Positions 46,023 to 55,394 of a stretch of 64,000 nucleotides of DNA are shown here, piece by piece. A program made the translations under genes and the position numbers. Location of the stretch: positions 256,001 to 320,000 of the forward strand of contig CAVTRN010000002.1 of assembly GCA_963737155.1 (NCBI GenBank). Direction: 5' to 3'. The notes under the pieces were generated by a model. That model was not told the origin of the DNA. It did no database searches and was given only the letters and a program-made list of their open reading frames with translations. This DNA is from Nitrospirota bacterium. Lineage in GTDB: Bacteria > Nitrospirota > UBA9217. Within the stretch, counting starts at the first letter, position 1; the number at the start of each line of letters is the position of its first letter.

Positions 46023-46352
46023 ATGTTTCGGAAAGCACTTCTTTGGTTTTTCCTGTATCTTTGTTTGGCGGGAATTGCCGTCGCCGGAGACAATGAACCG
46101 GCGGCCAAGCGTACATTAACATTGGCACAGGAGAAAAATGATGCGAAGACGGGTGAAGCCAAGAAGCTTTCCGGAATGTCCATCGTTGGAAACGACGAGG
46201 CCCCCAAAGCTCTTTACATCGTGCCCTGGAAAAGCTCCGAGATGGGTGAAGGGGCCGGTTTTAATATGGTGCTCGATGCTTCGGACACGCCCGTGGACCG
46301 CGATGTGTTCAAGCGCCAACTGGAGTTCTACGAACAGAGCACCAAAAAATGA
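46023..46352 (+). CDS. Small secreted protein (GltF-like)
   Basis: GGAGG RBS, signal peptide ending AVA-G, LSGMSIVGNDEAPKALYIVPWK motif. Position next to the GltE-like gene matches gltF. Confidence 0.7.
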   Translation: MFRKALLWFFLYLCLAGIAVAGDNEPAAKRTLTLAQEKNDAKTGEAKKLSGMSIVGNDEAPKALYIVPWKSSEMGEGAGFNMVLDASDTPVDRDVFKRQLEFYEQSTKK

Positions 46353-46389
46353 CATCGCTGTCAGAACAGCTAAAAAAGGAGGAAACACA

Positions 46390-47088
46390 ATGTTTATCGT
46401 ACGGTTTTTTCAGAAGGGCGGTTTGTTCATGTTCCCCATTTTGTTCGTGCTCCTGATCGGCCTGGTCATCGCGATCGAGCGCTGGATCCACCTGAAGCGC
46501 GTCCGGGAGGAGAACAAAAAAACGTGGGACAAAATCTGTCCCGCGCTGGATAAGGGTGAGTTCGACAAGGCCCGGGAAATCGCCAGCAAAGACACGTCAT
46601 CCATGGCGCAGATGCTCTCCATGGGACTGGCCAGGCAGGGCGCGGTCAGGCGCCGCGAGGACATCGAGATCGCCATGGAGGAAAGCATGATGGAGATTGT
46701 CCCCCAGCTGGAGAAGCGCACGCCATATCTTGCGCTCTTTTCCAACATCGCCACCCTGTTCGGGCTTTTGGGCACGATCATGGGTCTCATTATGGCTTTT
46801 GCCGCTGTGGCCACCGCAAGCCCGGCGGAGAAGGCGGCACTCCTTGCCGCCAGCATTTCCGAAGCAATGAACTGCACCGCCTTCGGCCTGATGTCCGCGA
46901 TCCCGCTCCTTTTGCTCCATGCGAAGCTCCAGACGAACACGGGCCAGATCATAAACGGCCTTGAGATGGCGGCGGTCAAGTCATTGAACGCCATTTCCAG
47001 CTTCACCAAGCGCCAGTTCGAAAGGACCCAGGCGTTACCGGGCGACACTATGACAGGAGCCGACCATGTTCAAGCGATATCGAAATAA
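46390..47088 (+). CDS. MotA/TolQ/ExbB proton channel subunit (AglR-like)
   Basis: AGGAGG RBS; GGLFMFPI, IAIERW, NIATLFGLLGTIMGLI.AF and ISEAMNCTAFGL..AIP motifs. Confidence 0.93.
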   Translation: MFIVRFFQKGGLFMFPILFVLLIGLVIAIERWIHLKRVREENKKTWDKICPALDKGEFDKAREIASKDTSSMAQMLSMGLARQGAVRRREDIEIAMEESMMEIVPQLEKRTPYLALFSNIATLFGLLGTIMGLIMAFAAVATASPAEKAALLAASISEAMNCTAFGLMSAIPLLLLHAKLQTNTGQIINGLEMAAVKSLNAISSFTKRQFERTQALPGDTMTGADHVQAISK

Positions 47089-47581
47089 GAGGAACGCGAA
47101 GAAACCATCGGATTTCGATACCGACATCATGCACCTCATCAACCTGACGCCGATGATGGACATCCTTACAGTCTTGGTGGTCTTTCTGCTCATCACCGCC
47201 GTCTTTATCAGCATAACGATCGAGGAGCTTGCCGTACCGACTGCAGCCGGCGCGGAGACGCACAGCATGCCGAATTTCGCCATCGAGGTGATTGTCCGCA
47301 GGGCGGGACTCGAGATTGCCAATGGTTCGGTGGTTTCGGACAGGATACCCAAAAAGGACGACCAGTATGATATCGGGGCGCTTACGAAGACGCTCATTCG
47401 CCTTAAGGCCCAGTACCCGGATAAAGAGGATGTTTCGGTCCTGATGGAACCGGACATCAAGTACGACCACCTCATCGAGATCATGGATGCGGTACGAAGC
47501 ACCAACGCGGTGCCTGAAGGCGGCGGAGAGGCCAGAAAAATCGAACTCTTCCCGAAGATATCCATAGGAGACGCGCCATGA
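47066..47581 (+). CDS. ExbD/TolR subunit 1 (AglQ-like)
   Basis: INLTPMMDILTVLVVFLL with the conserved TM Asp; YDHLIEIMDAVR. Confidence 0.92.
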   Translation: MFKRYRNKRNAKKPSDFDTDIMHLINLTPMMDILTVLVVFLLITAVFISITIEELAVPTAAGAETHSMPNFAIEVIVRRAGLEIANGSVVSDRIPKKDDQYDIGALTKTLIRLKAQYPDKEDVSVLMEPDIKYDHLIEIMDAVRSTNAVPEGGGEARKIELFPKISIGDAP

Positions 47582-48060
47582 GGGCCACAAGACGCATGAA
47601 ACGGATGGAGCGGAACAACACACGGGGGGTGATCAAGGGGCTCGGCATAAACCTTATCCCGATGATGGACGTTCTCACCGTCCTGGTGTTCTTTCTTCTT
47701 TTTCACTCGTTCAACAGCACCCTGCCGGACGCGCAGATCGCGCTTCCCGATTCCGCTGTCCCGACCAGGCCACGGGAAACGGTTGCGATTGTGGTAAGTC
47801 CCGAATCGGTTATGGTCCAGGGTGAATCCGTGGTCAGCACTCCCAAGCTCCTTGATGACGGGGTCGTGATGGTCAACGAACTACGGGACCGGCTTTTGCA
47901 GATCGGGAACGGTGCAAAGGCTGCCGCCGAAACCATGGAGGTCACGCTTCTCGCCGATAAGACGATACCGTTCAAGGTGCTGAAGAAAATAATGTCAACC
48001 TGCACGGCCTGCGGATACGGAAGGATATCCCTTGCCGTGGCGGAGAAGGCGGAAAAATGA
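47578..48060 (+). CDS. ExbD/TolR subunit 2 (AglS-like)
   Basis: INLIPMMDVLTVLVFFLL; ADKTIPFKVLKKIMSTC...GY..ISLAV. Confidence 0.92.
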   Translation: MRATRRMKRMERNNTRGVIKGLGINLIPMMDVLTVLVFFLLFHSFNSTLPDAQIALPDSAVPTRPRETVAIVVSPESVMVQGESVVSTPKLLDDGVVMVNELRDRLLQIGNGAKAAAETMEVTLLADKTIPFKVLKKIMSTCTACGYGRISLAVAEKAEK

Positions 48061-49445
48061 CGACGGCCATTTTAGAAGAGGAACTATCCCAGCTTGACGT
48101 CCAGACCCAAAACGCCCTGAAACGGCTAACCGCCCTGGAAGAGGATCTTCGGGCCGTGGACGCAGAGCTGGGAACATTCGCCACCGACCGGCAGCGCTTT
48201 GACGCGCTTAAAGACGTCTTAAGTTCCCTCGACAAGCTTGGAGAGCTCAAGGCGGGCGAGCTCTTTTGGGCAGGACTCGCCGAACAGCAAAATGCCGAAG
48301 TACACCTCAAGCGCGCGAGGAACCGGGTCGCGTTTTTCGAAGGCGATATCAGCGGAATCCTTGAGAAGAAGGCGACCCTTCAGGGAGAGATAAACCGGAG
48401 TCTTGACGAACTGGCCTATCTCCAGGAGGTAGTGCGCGAGGCGTATGAGCGCGACGAACGGCGCGAGGAGGAATATTTCGTCGACCGCGAGATTTCGCCC
48501 GTTCCCAATCACACGATGGCGCTGCCGGGGGACGATCGTTCCGAGAGCGAACGGCGGTACCGCAGGTCACTCCTTGTCGCGTTGCTGTTCTATATCCTGT
48601 TCGGAGCCGTCATACGTCTCTGGGTGCTGCCGCCACCGGAACAGCCCACCATTACGAAGGTCCCCGAACGCCTTGTCTCCATGCTCCGGAAGGAGCCGCC
48701 CAAGCCCGAGCCGCAGCCCCCGCGCCGCAACGAGGAAAAGAAGCCCGAAACAAACAGGCAAAGGGTGCCGGAGAAACGGCAGGAAGAAAAACCCAAGGCC
48801 ATGGTTTCGGAAACACAGACCGTACAGAGTAACGTGGAGCATACGGGGGTCCTTGCCTTCAAGGAGTCCTTGAAGGGTCTCTTGGACGAAGCCCCCGCTG
48901 CCCGTCTCGGAACCGAGGCGCGTCTGAATAACCAGGCGGCCGTGTCCGCAGGCCAGGCCCGTCCAAGCCGGTCTCTCGTTGCCCTGCAGTCGGCGGGCGG
49001 TTATAGCGGCGGCATCAGCAGCTCCGGGATCAGCCGCTCGATAGGCAGCGGAAACGGACGGCGTATCGGCGCAGTCGGGTTCACCCGGGTGGAAAACACG
49101 ATTGCCGGGGTGGCGGGAGATGCGAGGCCGGTTTCATCCGGGCCCGGGCCGGGCCGTACCGATGAAGAGATCCAGATTGTTTTCGACCGGTACAAGGCGT
49201 CACTCTACCGGCTCTACAATGCACAGCTCAGGAAGGATCCAACGCTTCGGGGCAATATCATCTTGCGCATCATCATCGAGCCGGGCGGTGAGGTTTCTTC
49301 CTGCACGGTGCAGTCGAATAACCTTGCTTCGGAAGTGCTTGTTTCACAGGTTGTCGAACGGGTCAAGAAGTTCAACTTTGGGCCGAAAGAGAAGGTATCG
49401 AGACTTATCATTCTGTACCCGATTGATTTCCTGCCTGCAGTGTAG
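48057..49445 (+). CDS. TonB-like energy transducer with AgmX/PglI (GltG-like) C-terminal domain
   Basis: Cytoplasmic coiled coil, single TM, Pro/Lys/Glu-rich then Gly/Ser-rich linker, and RTDEEIQIVF...LY...LRKDPTLRG.I...IIIEPGGEV...YPIDFLP. Confidence 0.88.
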   Translation: MTTAILEEELSQLDVQTQNALKRLTALEEDLRAVDAELGTFATDRQRFDALKDVLSSLDKLGELKAGELFWAGLAEQQNAEVHLKRARNRVAFFEGDISGILEKKATLQGEINRSLDELAYLQEVVREAYERDERREEEYFVDREISPVPNHTMALPGDDRSESERRYRRSLLVALLFYILFGAVIRLWVLPPPEQPTITKVPERLVSMLRKEPPKPEPQPPRRNEEKKPETNRQRVPEKRQEEKPKAMVSETQTVQSNVEHTGVLAFKESLKGLLDEAPAARLGTEARLNNQAAVSAGQARPSRSLVALQSAGGYSGGISSSGISRSIGSGNGRRIGAVGFTRVENTIAGVAGDARPVSSGPGPGRTDEEIQIVFDRYKASLYRLYNAQLRKDPTLRGNIILRIIIEPGGEVSSCTVQSNNLASEVLVSQVVERVKKFNFGPKEKVSRLIILYPIDFLPAV

Positions 49446-49794
49446 CTTTGCAAGCGGGGGACGGCAAACCGGGTTCCTGGTACGGAAGAGGACTCTTGAC
49501 CGCAGATGAAGGCGTGGGTAAATAGGTGCAAAGTGCGATCAAAAATAACAGTGATAATTTGCAATGTGAAGTCCTCCCCGTCTCGATGACACTAATCCGA
49601 AACGCTTTGTAAAAGGGATCGAGATACTCATGAATCACGTTGAGAAGACATTAAACACGCCGCTACATGAAAGAGGAAAGACAGCATTTTGACCACCAGA
49701 ATAAATCAAAGATTCATGATGCGAAGTTTAATGAGTATACGTCTGTAGCTTAGGAGAAAAATTTTTCAGGTTTAAACAGAGCTTTTCTGGGCAA

Positions 49795-49880
49795 GTTGGG
49801 TTCGAGATCCGAAAGTCGTCGGTTCAAATCGGCCGCCGCCAAATTGTCAAGGGGTTACAGCATTAGCTGTAACCCCTTTG
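49795..49880 (+). repeat. Eroded tRNA-fMet 3' fragment + hairpin, copy A (probable att scar)
   Basis: GGGTTCGAGATCCGAAAGTCGTCGGTTCAAATCGGCCGCCGCCA followed by TCAAGGGGTTACAGC-ATTA-GCTGTAACCCCTT. Confidence 0.7.
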
Positions 49881-49951
49881 TCGCCTTGTTGGGCCGCTTG
49901 CGGGCCAGTCTTCACAATAATGTTTTCGCAATCGAAAAATGAGAGGTGGCA

Positions 49952-50110
49952 ATGGACCAAAACGACAAACCGGTAGTCTCATTGTCGAAGGGAAAGAGGG
50001 AAGAAGTATTCAATAATGTCTTCGCAAAGGAGGAAGGGATCATTATCGAGTTCGATACGCCCGCAAACAACGGAAAAATTCGCGCACTTCGACGTGTGCC
50101 GGCTGTTTAA
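49952..50110 (+). CDS. Possible 52-aa protein
   Basis: GAGAGG RBS; MDQNDKPVVSLSKGKREEVF...RRVPAV. No recognised motif. Confidence 0.35.
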   Translation: MDQNDKPVVSLSKGKREEVFNNVFAKEEGIIIEFDTPANNGKIRALRRVPAV

Positions 50111-50428
50111 AACCGTATACTTCTATTTTTTGGCTTGACAGTTTGCTGCTACGATTCTTTCTGAAATGTTCATTTTATGATATAGTCGTATCATGATGAC
50201 TCCTTCCTGTTGATTGAGTGGATGGCATTGAGATATAGAAGTTTAATGCAAAAATCATTAAAATATGGAGGAGATCCAAATGCCCAATTTTGAATATACA
50301 TACAAAAACTGTAGCAAAGAGTTTTCTATTTACCTCTCTCTTACGGGATGGAACAGTAAGGTGGTGCTTGCAAATAAATGGATCAACGGACAATCGAGAA
50401 CAACCGTCAAAAAATAGCGAGGTAACAA

Positions 50429-50617
50429 ATGGTAGATAAAACAACAACGATTCCGTGTCCGCAATGCAGCGGTAAAGGCTCCATACAGTGTTCTGTCTGC
50501 CGGGGGCAGGGAAGGCAGCCCAGTTCAAATGCCGCGCAGCGACCCTGTCCAAATTGTCATGGAACGGGAAAAAGCATCTGTCCTCGGTGTCGGGGCGCCA
50601 GAAAAATAACTGAATAA
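50429..50617 (+). CDS. Stand-alone DnaJ-type zinc-finger microprotein
   Basis: CPQCSGKG, CSVCRGQG, CPNCHGTG and CPRCRGAR; GAGGT RBS. Confidence 0.8.
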   Translation: MVDKTTTIPCPQCSGKGSIQCSVCRGQGRQPSSNAAQRPCPNCHGTGKSICPRCRGARKITE

Positions 50618-50826
50618 AGATAAACATTACGTAGCGGTTTATCAAGTTCGGATGAGCTGGAAGATGCTCCTCACAACTAAAGCGCAAGATGCAATACGCG
50701 ACCTGTGGGGCTCCCAGCTGTTAAGACCGATGGTTGTGTTATATGGACAAATCACTGTGACTGAGGAACGAACCGATTAGGTATGGTCCTCTACGGGCTA
50801 TTGTAACAAAAGAGTATCGAAAGAGA

Positions 50827-50900
50827 TCGTCGGGTTTATAACCCAAAACGAGAGGTTCAAATCATCTCCCCGCTATCAAAAATTCAAGGGGTTACAGCGT
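50827..50900 (+). repeat. Eroded tRNA-fMet 3' fragment, copy B (probable att scar)
   Basis: TCGTCGGGTTTATAACCCAAAACGAGAGGTTCAAATCATCTCCCCGCTATCA, then TTCAAGGGGTTACAGCG. Confidence 0.72.
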
Positions 50901-51153
50901 ACGCAGTCAGGAACCGAAGCGGGGTGAGAACGTGCGGGGTAGTGTAGTGTCACCTCCTCGAACTAGGCTGTGCATATGATAGTCCTTCGTTCCCCGAAAG
51001 TTACCTGCCTTCCTCTCCTACTATAATATTACTTTCAGGAAGCTCGCTGGAGTGATTATAGAATATGATATAATCAAATCAATACAGTACGTAGAACGAA
51101 AAAATGGCGGCTAAAATATTGTTTCTCAATTATGGACAAAGAGGAGGTGTGTC

Positions 51154-51564
51154 GTGAGAGAAATCAAATGTGCAAGTCTTGGATATACATGCAAGTGGAA
51201 GCATATTGCCAATACCGAGGAATTACTCGCCGATATCACGGCAATCCATCTGCGTGATATTCACGGGGTGAAGGAAATCAGCCCGGGCATGCTGGGAAAG
51301 ATAAAAAACGCCTTTTCGCCCCCAACTGAAGTAGAAGCCGCAGAACTTGATGATATTAAAACGAAGGTATATAACTGCGATATCGGTCCGAATTGCTCCT
51401 GGCGGTATATAGCTATGACAGAGGAGCTTATTGTAGACGGCGCGGCAGTACATGCCAGGGAAGCTCACGGCATCAAGGAGTTTTCTCCCGCAATGATAGC
51501 CAAGGTTAAAAATGCTGCTCACGAATGGTCTTCGGATAGCGATAAAAAAAGGAAGGTAGCGTAA
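51154..51564 (+). CDS. Tandem DUF1059-domain protein
   Basis: Two C..(L/I)G..C.W...A.TEE.......H.R..HG.KE.SP.M..K.KNA units; GAGGAGG RBS. Confidence 0.85.
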   Translation: MREIKCASLGYTCKWKHIANTEELLADITAIHLRDIHGVKEISPGMLGKIKNAFSPPTEVEAAELDDIKTKVYNCDIGPNCSWRYIAMTEELIVDGAAVHAREAHGIKEFSPAMIAKVKNAAHEWSSDSDKKRKVA

Positions 51565-51899
51565 GGAGGTCGCAACGAGACAGGAGATAATAGGTTACAG
51601 ACAAAAGCATTAGATGAATGAGGTTGAGGCTATGCGGTGATTATCGATAGCAGGAGGTAATTCCTATGCCAGAGATACTAAGAAAAGTTAAATGACCTAA
51701 ATGTGGCTTTGTGGTGCAAAGCCATGATGAAAAGGAAATCGCAGAGATTATTATGCATCATGCTAAGAAATCGCACAATACAGATATAACTGAAATAGAG
51801 GTTAGAGAGAATATGAAAGATGTCGCGTAAACCACATGACAACTGAGACATGCCGTCTGAAGGGACGTGGTGATTCCATGCCCCTTTTTCATGAACGGG

Positions 51900-51986
51900 T
51901 CGTCTTTTTCCGCTAATTTCATCCTCAGCCTTCTTGGTGATGGATGCCGTTTCCGCCATCTTTACTACAAACTGTGCTTTTGTCAT
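51900..51986 (-). pseudogene. N-terminal fragment of an HU DNA-binding protein
   Basis: MTKAQFVVKMAETASITKKA matches the HU first helix-turn-helix. The rest is missing. Confidence 0.5.
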
Positions 51987-52128
51987 TACCATTGCGATGA
52001 ATGCACTTCCTGTGATTGAAATCGTGTTGCAATGCACGCAAATGTAGACTATTGGAAGAATTATGACAAGGATTTTCAAGCAAGTAGCGGTTGGAGCATG
52101 TTTGAAGAAAACAGCTGCGCTACGAGGA

Positions 52129-52494
52129 CTACGGAGTCATTAGCACTAACTGATGCAAAAGAGATAAATTCTGAGCCAAATCGACTTTGTATAGGAACTT
52201 ATTGGCACCTGCTTCGGCAAAAGCCTGACCCTTGTACTCACTACTAAAGCCCATGATGTATACATCAGGACGGTTATACCGTATCAATCTACACACACTA
52301 TCTCCCTTTAATCCTGGCATATTATAGTCAATGAGAATCATGTCAAAGTCGTGCTCTTTTGAAAGGTTAACGGCATCTACACCGTTATCGCAACACGATA
52401 CCGTATGCCCATATTCTTCCAGTAATAGTTGAATAACGCTGGCGAGCATTTTGTCATCATCTACAATGAGGATTGATTTTTTGTTTTGCACCAT
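52129..52494 (-). CDS. Single-domain response regulator
   Basis: ILIVDDD, DMILIDYNMPGLKG and AGANKFLYK motifs; GGAGG RBS. Confidence 0.88.
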   Translation of the reverse strand: MVQNKKSILIVDDDKMLASVIQLLLEEYGHTVSCCDNGVDAVNLSKEHDFDMILIDYNMPGLKGDSVCRLIRYNRPDVYIMGFSSEYKGQAFAEAGANKFLYKVDLAQNLSLLHQLVLMTP

Positions 52495-52646
52495 GCCCTC
52501 CCCTGCATGTTCATTCTACTAGAGTAAGACACTACTGCCCTCAAATAGGTTGAATCGTGTGAGAAATCACAGCGTCAGCAGTAACAGAATGATAGGAAGA
52601 AATTCAAGGCGACAGATATGGCCTTTTATCGCTATATGTTTCTCGA

Positions 52647-53035
52647 TCAGGTTTTGGATTCAAGAACCGCTTGCGAAAACAGTTTTACAACTACCTCATG
52701 TATTTCGGTTGATGTGAACGGTTTTATCAAAAGACCTTCTGCAAGTTGGATGGCTTCCCTCCACTCCACTTCTTGACCCTTCGAGAAAACCACAATAATC
52801 GGGATATTTTTAAAGGCTTCCTGCTTCTTAACCCTCTTGATAAATTCAAGACCGTTCATGCGACGCAGATGCAATATCAACAAATAAGAAGATTTACACC
52901 AGGGTTACTGGCAAACTGATTCAGCCCTTCCTGTCCATTGAGTGCTGTTAGAACAGAACAATTGTATCTCACTAATGTTATTTGATAAATATGATGAAGT
53001 GGAGCCGAGTCATCAACAACAATATTCTTTAACAC
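52647..53035 (-). pseudogene. Frameshifted CheY-like receiver, copy 1
   Basis: KNIVVDDS...NGQEGL...NLLI / MNGLEFIKRVK...IPII...LIKPF split over two frames. Confidence 0.8.
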
Positions 53036-53084
53036 AATAATTAGCACTCCTCTAAGGCAGAAATCATCATGACCTGCGTCTACT

Positions 53085-53143
53085 TCCTGATTGATATAAG
53101 CATCCAAGCCGATAATTACTGGTTTACCATTAATAATCACATC
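53085..53143 (-). pseudogene. 3' fragment of the 3327-3512 small gene
   Basis: INGKPVIIGLDAYI versus IDGKPVIIGLNAYI. Confidence 0.7.
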
Positions 53144-53745
53144 GTAAGTTTTTTAACTACTTCTCCTAGTGACCGCTTTATTGTACTGCCTGTAAAGGCT
53201 AGAACGGCAAGGGCAGAAGCAAATACGATCATTACCGAAATACAATATGTAGGAACATAATATCTCCACTGCTTCTCATAATTGGTTTGACAAAAAGGAC
53301 ATTATCAAACTGTCTTTCGAGTTCACCCATAAGGTGGTTTCCACATTTCTTGTGGTCAAGCATGAAAAATCGCTATGTTGTCTTGCTGTTTGTTCTCACT
53401 ATATCTGCTAAGGTTAGATCCATATATGTACCATCAGGCAAAGGGATCAGTTTGAATAACCACTATTATTAGTCTATACCATAAATAATAGCACATGATG
53501 TTAATAATGTCAATTTAAAATTTGAGTATTAGCTGCCGTCTGTGCAACAAGCTTCTTTAGATAATGGGAAAAGGACAGGTACTCGATTGTCCCGTGACTT
53601 AGAATAGATATTATCGAGATGAAAGGGAAAAGGTTTGCTGTAAGAACGGGACATTTGTATAGCGGCATGTGATTTGATAAAATAGACGAAGAGCCGGGGA
53701 AAGAGAATATTCTGGTAAGGTTATGATTTAGTGTCGGTGAAAATG

Positions 53746-53931
53746 CTATTTAGAAATATCCTTTTCGTCTTCAATCCCAAATAGCTTCCGATGAAACTTA
53801 TAATCATAATCATCTTTTACACATGTTTGCATAATTTTCAGATACCACTCGGCATGTTTTCTATCCAACCCGTCCTCCATTAATTTGCTGATATACGCAA
53901 GTTCCTTCTTGGTATATTTTTTCTCGTTCAT
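53746..53931 (-). CDS. Hypothetical 61-aa protein, probably leaderless; promoter hit by ISL3
   Basis: Open frame. The reconstructed pre-insertion upstream sequence is TGcTATAATtgtctaATG. Confidence 0.55.
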   Translation of the reverse strand: MNEKKYTKKELAYISKLMEDGLDRKHAEWYLKIMQTCVKDDYDYKFHRKLFGIEDEKDISK

Positions 53932-53941
53932 TAGACAATTA

Positions 53942-55316
53942 GGCTCATGGCACCCTTCTGTGGGTAAAAGACCACGGATGGAATCGATTCATCCAGGGAG
54001 TGTAGGCCTGAATGATCTTCAAATCTAGATAGGCATTGTCTCGATAACCGTATGCGCGGCGAATTACATTTCTTGCTTTAGCGTTTGCGGCCTCAATAAA
54101 TCCAAGCGGCGCTTTATTATCGCAATACGCCAAAATACCATCCAGATGCTTTTCCACCATACGTGCGAATTTTTGCATCGGCTTCAGTCGACTCCATTTA
54201 AGTTGGTCTACCCAACCTCGAAAGAACTTGCGTGCCCATGTTATTGATTCATAGCTCCACAAGTGCCCAAACGTCTCTTTCATCAAATGCGCCTTAAACA
54301 ATCGCTTATTTGCTCGCAATGCGTCATTCAGCTCTACCCGCGCATTTCCTCGTACATGGGCTTGACGGGAAAGCAGAATAAATTTTTTCCCCGACAGTCG
54401 GCCTTTCATCCATTTCCCGGCCTTTCGGATCTCCTGTACTCGCACAGCATTAAGAGCTTTTAGTAAGTGTTGGATAACGTGAAACTTATCGTAAATAATC
54501 TGCGCACTCGGACAGTGCTTGCGGACACTGTTGCGGAACGGCTTCCACATGTCCATTACTGCATGGGTGATTATATGAGCACGCTCTTTGCCAAACCACT
54601 TCCAGAACTTGCTCAAGTTGCGTTCTTTTCGCCCTTTTCCCACAAACAGCATCTCGGGACCACGAGGTCCATCCAGAGCGCTTATCATGTGCTTATACTT
54701 ATGACCCTTGCCCTTTCCATGGGAAAGTTCATCCATGCCCAATACGTTTATGCCGTCCAGAGGGCGGTTTGCCTGCTCTTCTTGTAATGCCTGTTTATCG
54801 ATCGCCTTGACCGTATGTCGGTGCAGCATCAGGATATCGCCCACGGCCTTGACCGTTGTCACTTTGCACAATTCCTTGGTTACATGCGCCAATTCTGCGG
54901 TGACCCGCGGTCCTCGGACATCTACAAAATCAAGAGGTTCCGATAAAATCCCGCACGCTTTACAGTTGCCGCGGTAGCGCTCGAATCGGATAAATGTTGG
55001 GGTACTCCAAAACAGTAAATGGCGGACCTCAAATTCCTTGCTGTCGTATCCGCCGACGTCTATTACACCACACTTCGCGCATGTATGAGTTTTATGATCC
55101 CGAGCTATCGTAACAATGACGGATATACGTTCCTTTCGGTATCCTATATCAAACTCCGTCACATGATGCCCTTGAATTCCTAATAAGCGTGTGAGATAAT
55201 CTAAATGCATCCGGAAGGCCCCTCCTTGCTTAATGATTGCGAGTCATTTGCAAGAAGTTAACGCTTTCCGGGTGTCTTTTCAACGCATTTCAGCCCATAG
55301 TATCGTGCCAAGAGCC
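53942..55316 (-). mobile_element. Complete ISL3-family insertion sequence (1375 bp)
   Basis: Terminal IRs GGCTC(A/T)TGGCAC; 8-bp target duplication GACAATTA at 53934-53941 and 55317-55324. Confidence 0.93.
53945..55210 (-). CDS. ISL3 transposase
   Basis: CAKCG...CKACG zinc finger, LGMDE, MDMWKPF, YDKFHV and EAANAK.....RRAYGYR motifs. Confidence 0.95.
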   Translation of the reverse strand: MHLDYLTRLLGIQGHHVTEFDIGYRKERISVIVTIARDHKTHTCAKCGVIDVGGYDSKEFEVRHLLFWSTPTFIRFERYRGNCKACGILSEPLDFVDVRGPRVTAELAHVTKELCKVTTVKAVGDILMLHRHTVKAIDKQALQEEQANRPLDGINVLGMDELSHGKGKGHKYKHMISALDGPRGPEMLFVGKGRKERNLSKFWKWFGKERAHIITHAVMDMWKPFRNSVRKHCPSAQIIYDKFHVIQHLLKALNAVRVQEIRKAGKWMKGRLSGKKFILLSRQAHVRGNARVELNDALRANKRLFKAHLMKETFGHLWSYESITWARKFFRGWVDQLKWSRLKPMQKFARMVEKHLDGILAYCDNKAPLGFIEAANAKARNVIRRAYGYRDNAYLDLKIIQAYTPWMNRFHPWSFTHRRVP

Positions 55317-55394
55317 GACAATTATAGCAGAAGGTTTGTTGAGGCGGGTTAATACGACAACTAATGACCTTAGTATGAGGTAAAAACGATAAAC

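Noticed and set aside
46390-49445. Ordinary Tol-Pal or ExbBD-TonB iron uptake operon
   Set aside because: No TolB, Pal or receptor gene; two ExbD-like genes with TPR lipoproteins and an AgmX/PglI-type C-domain fit Agl-Glt better.
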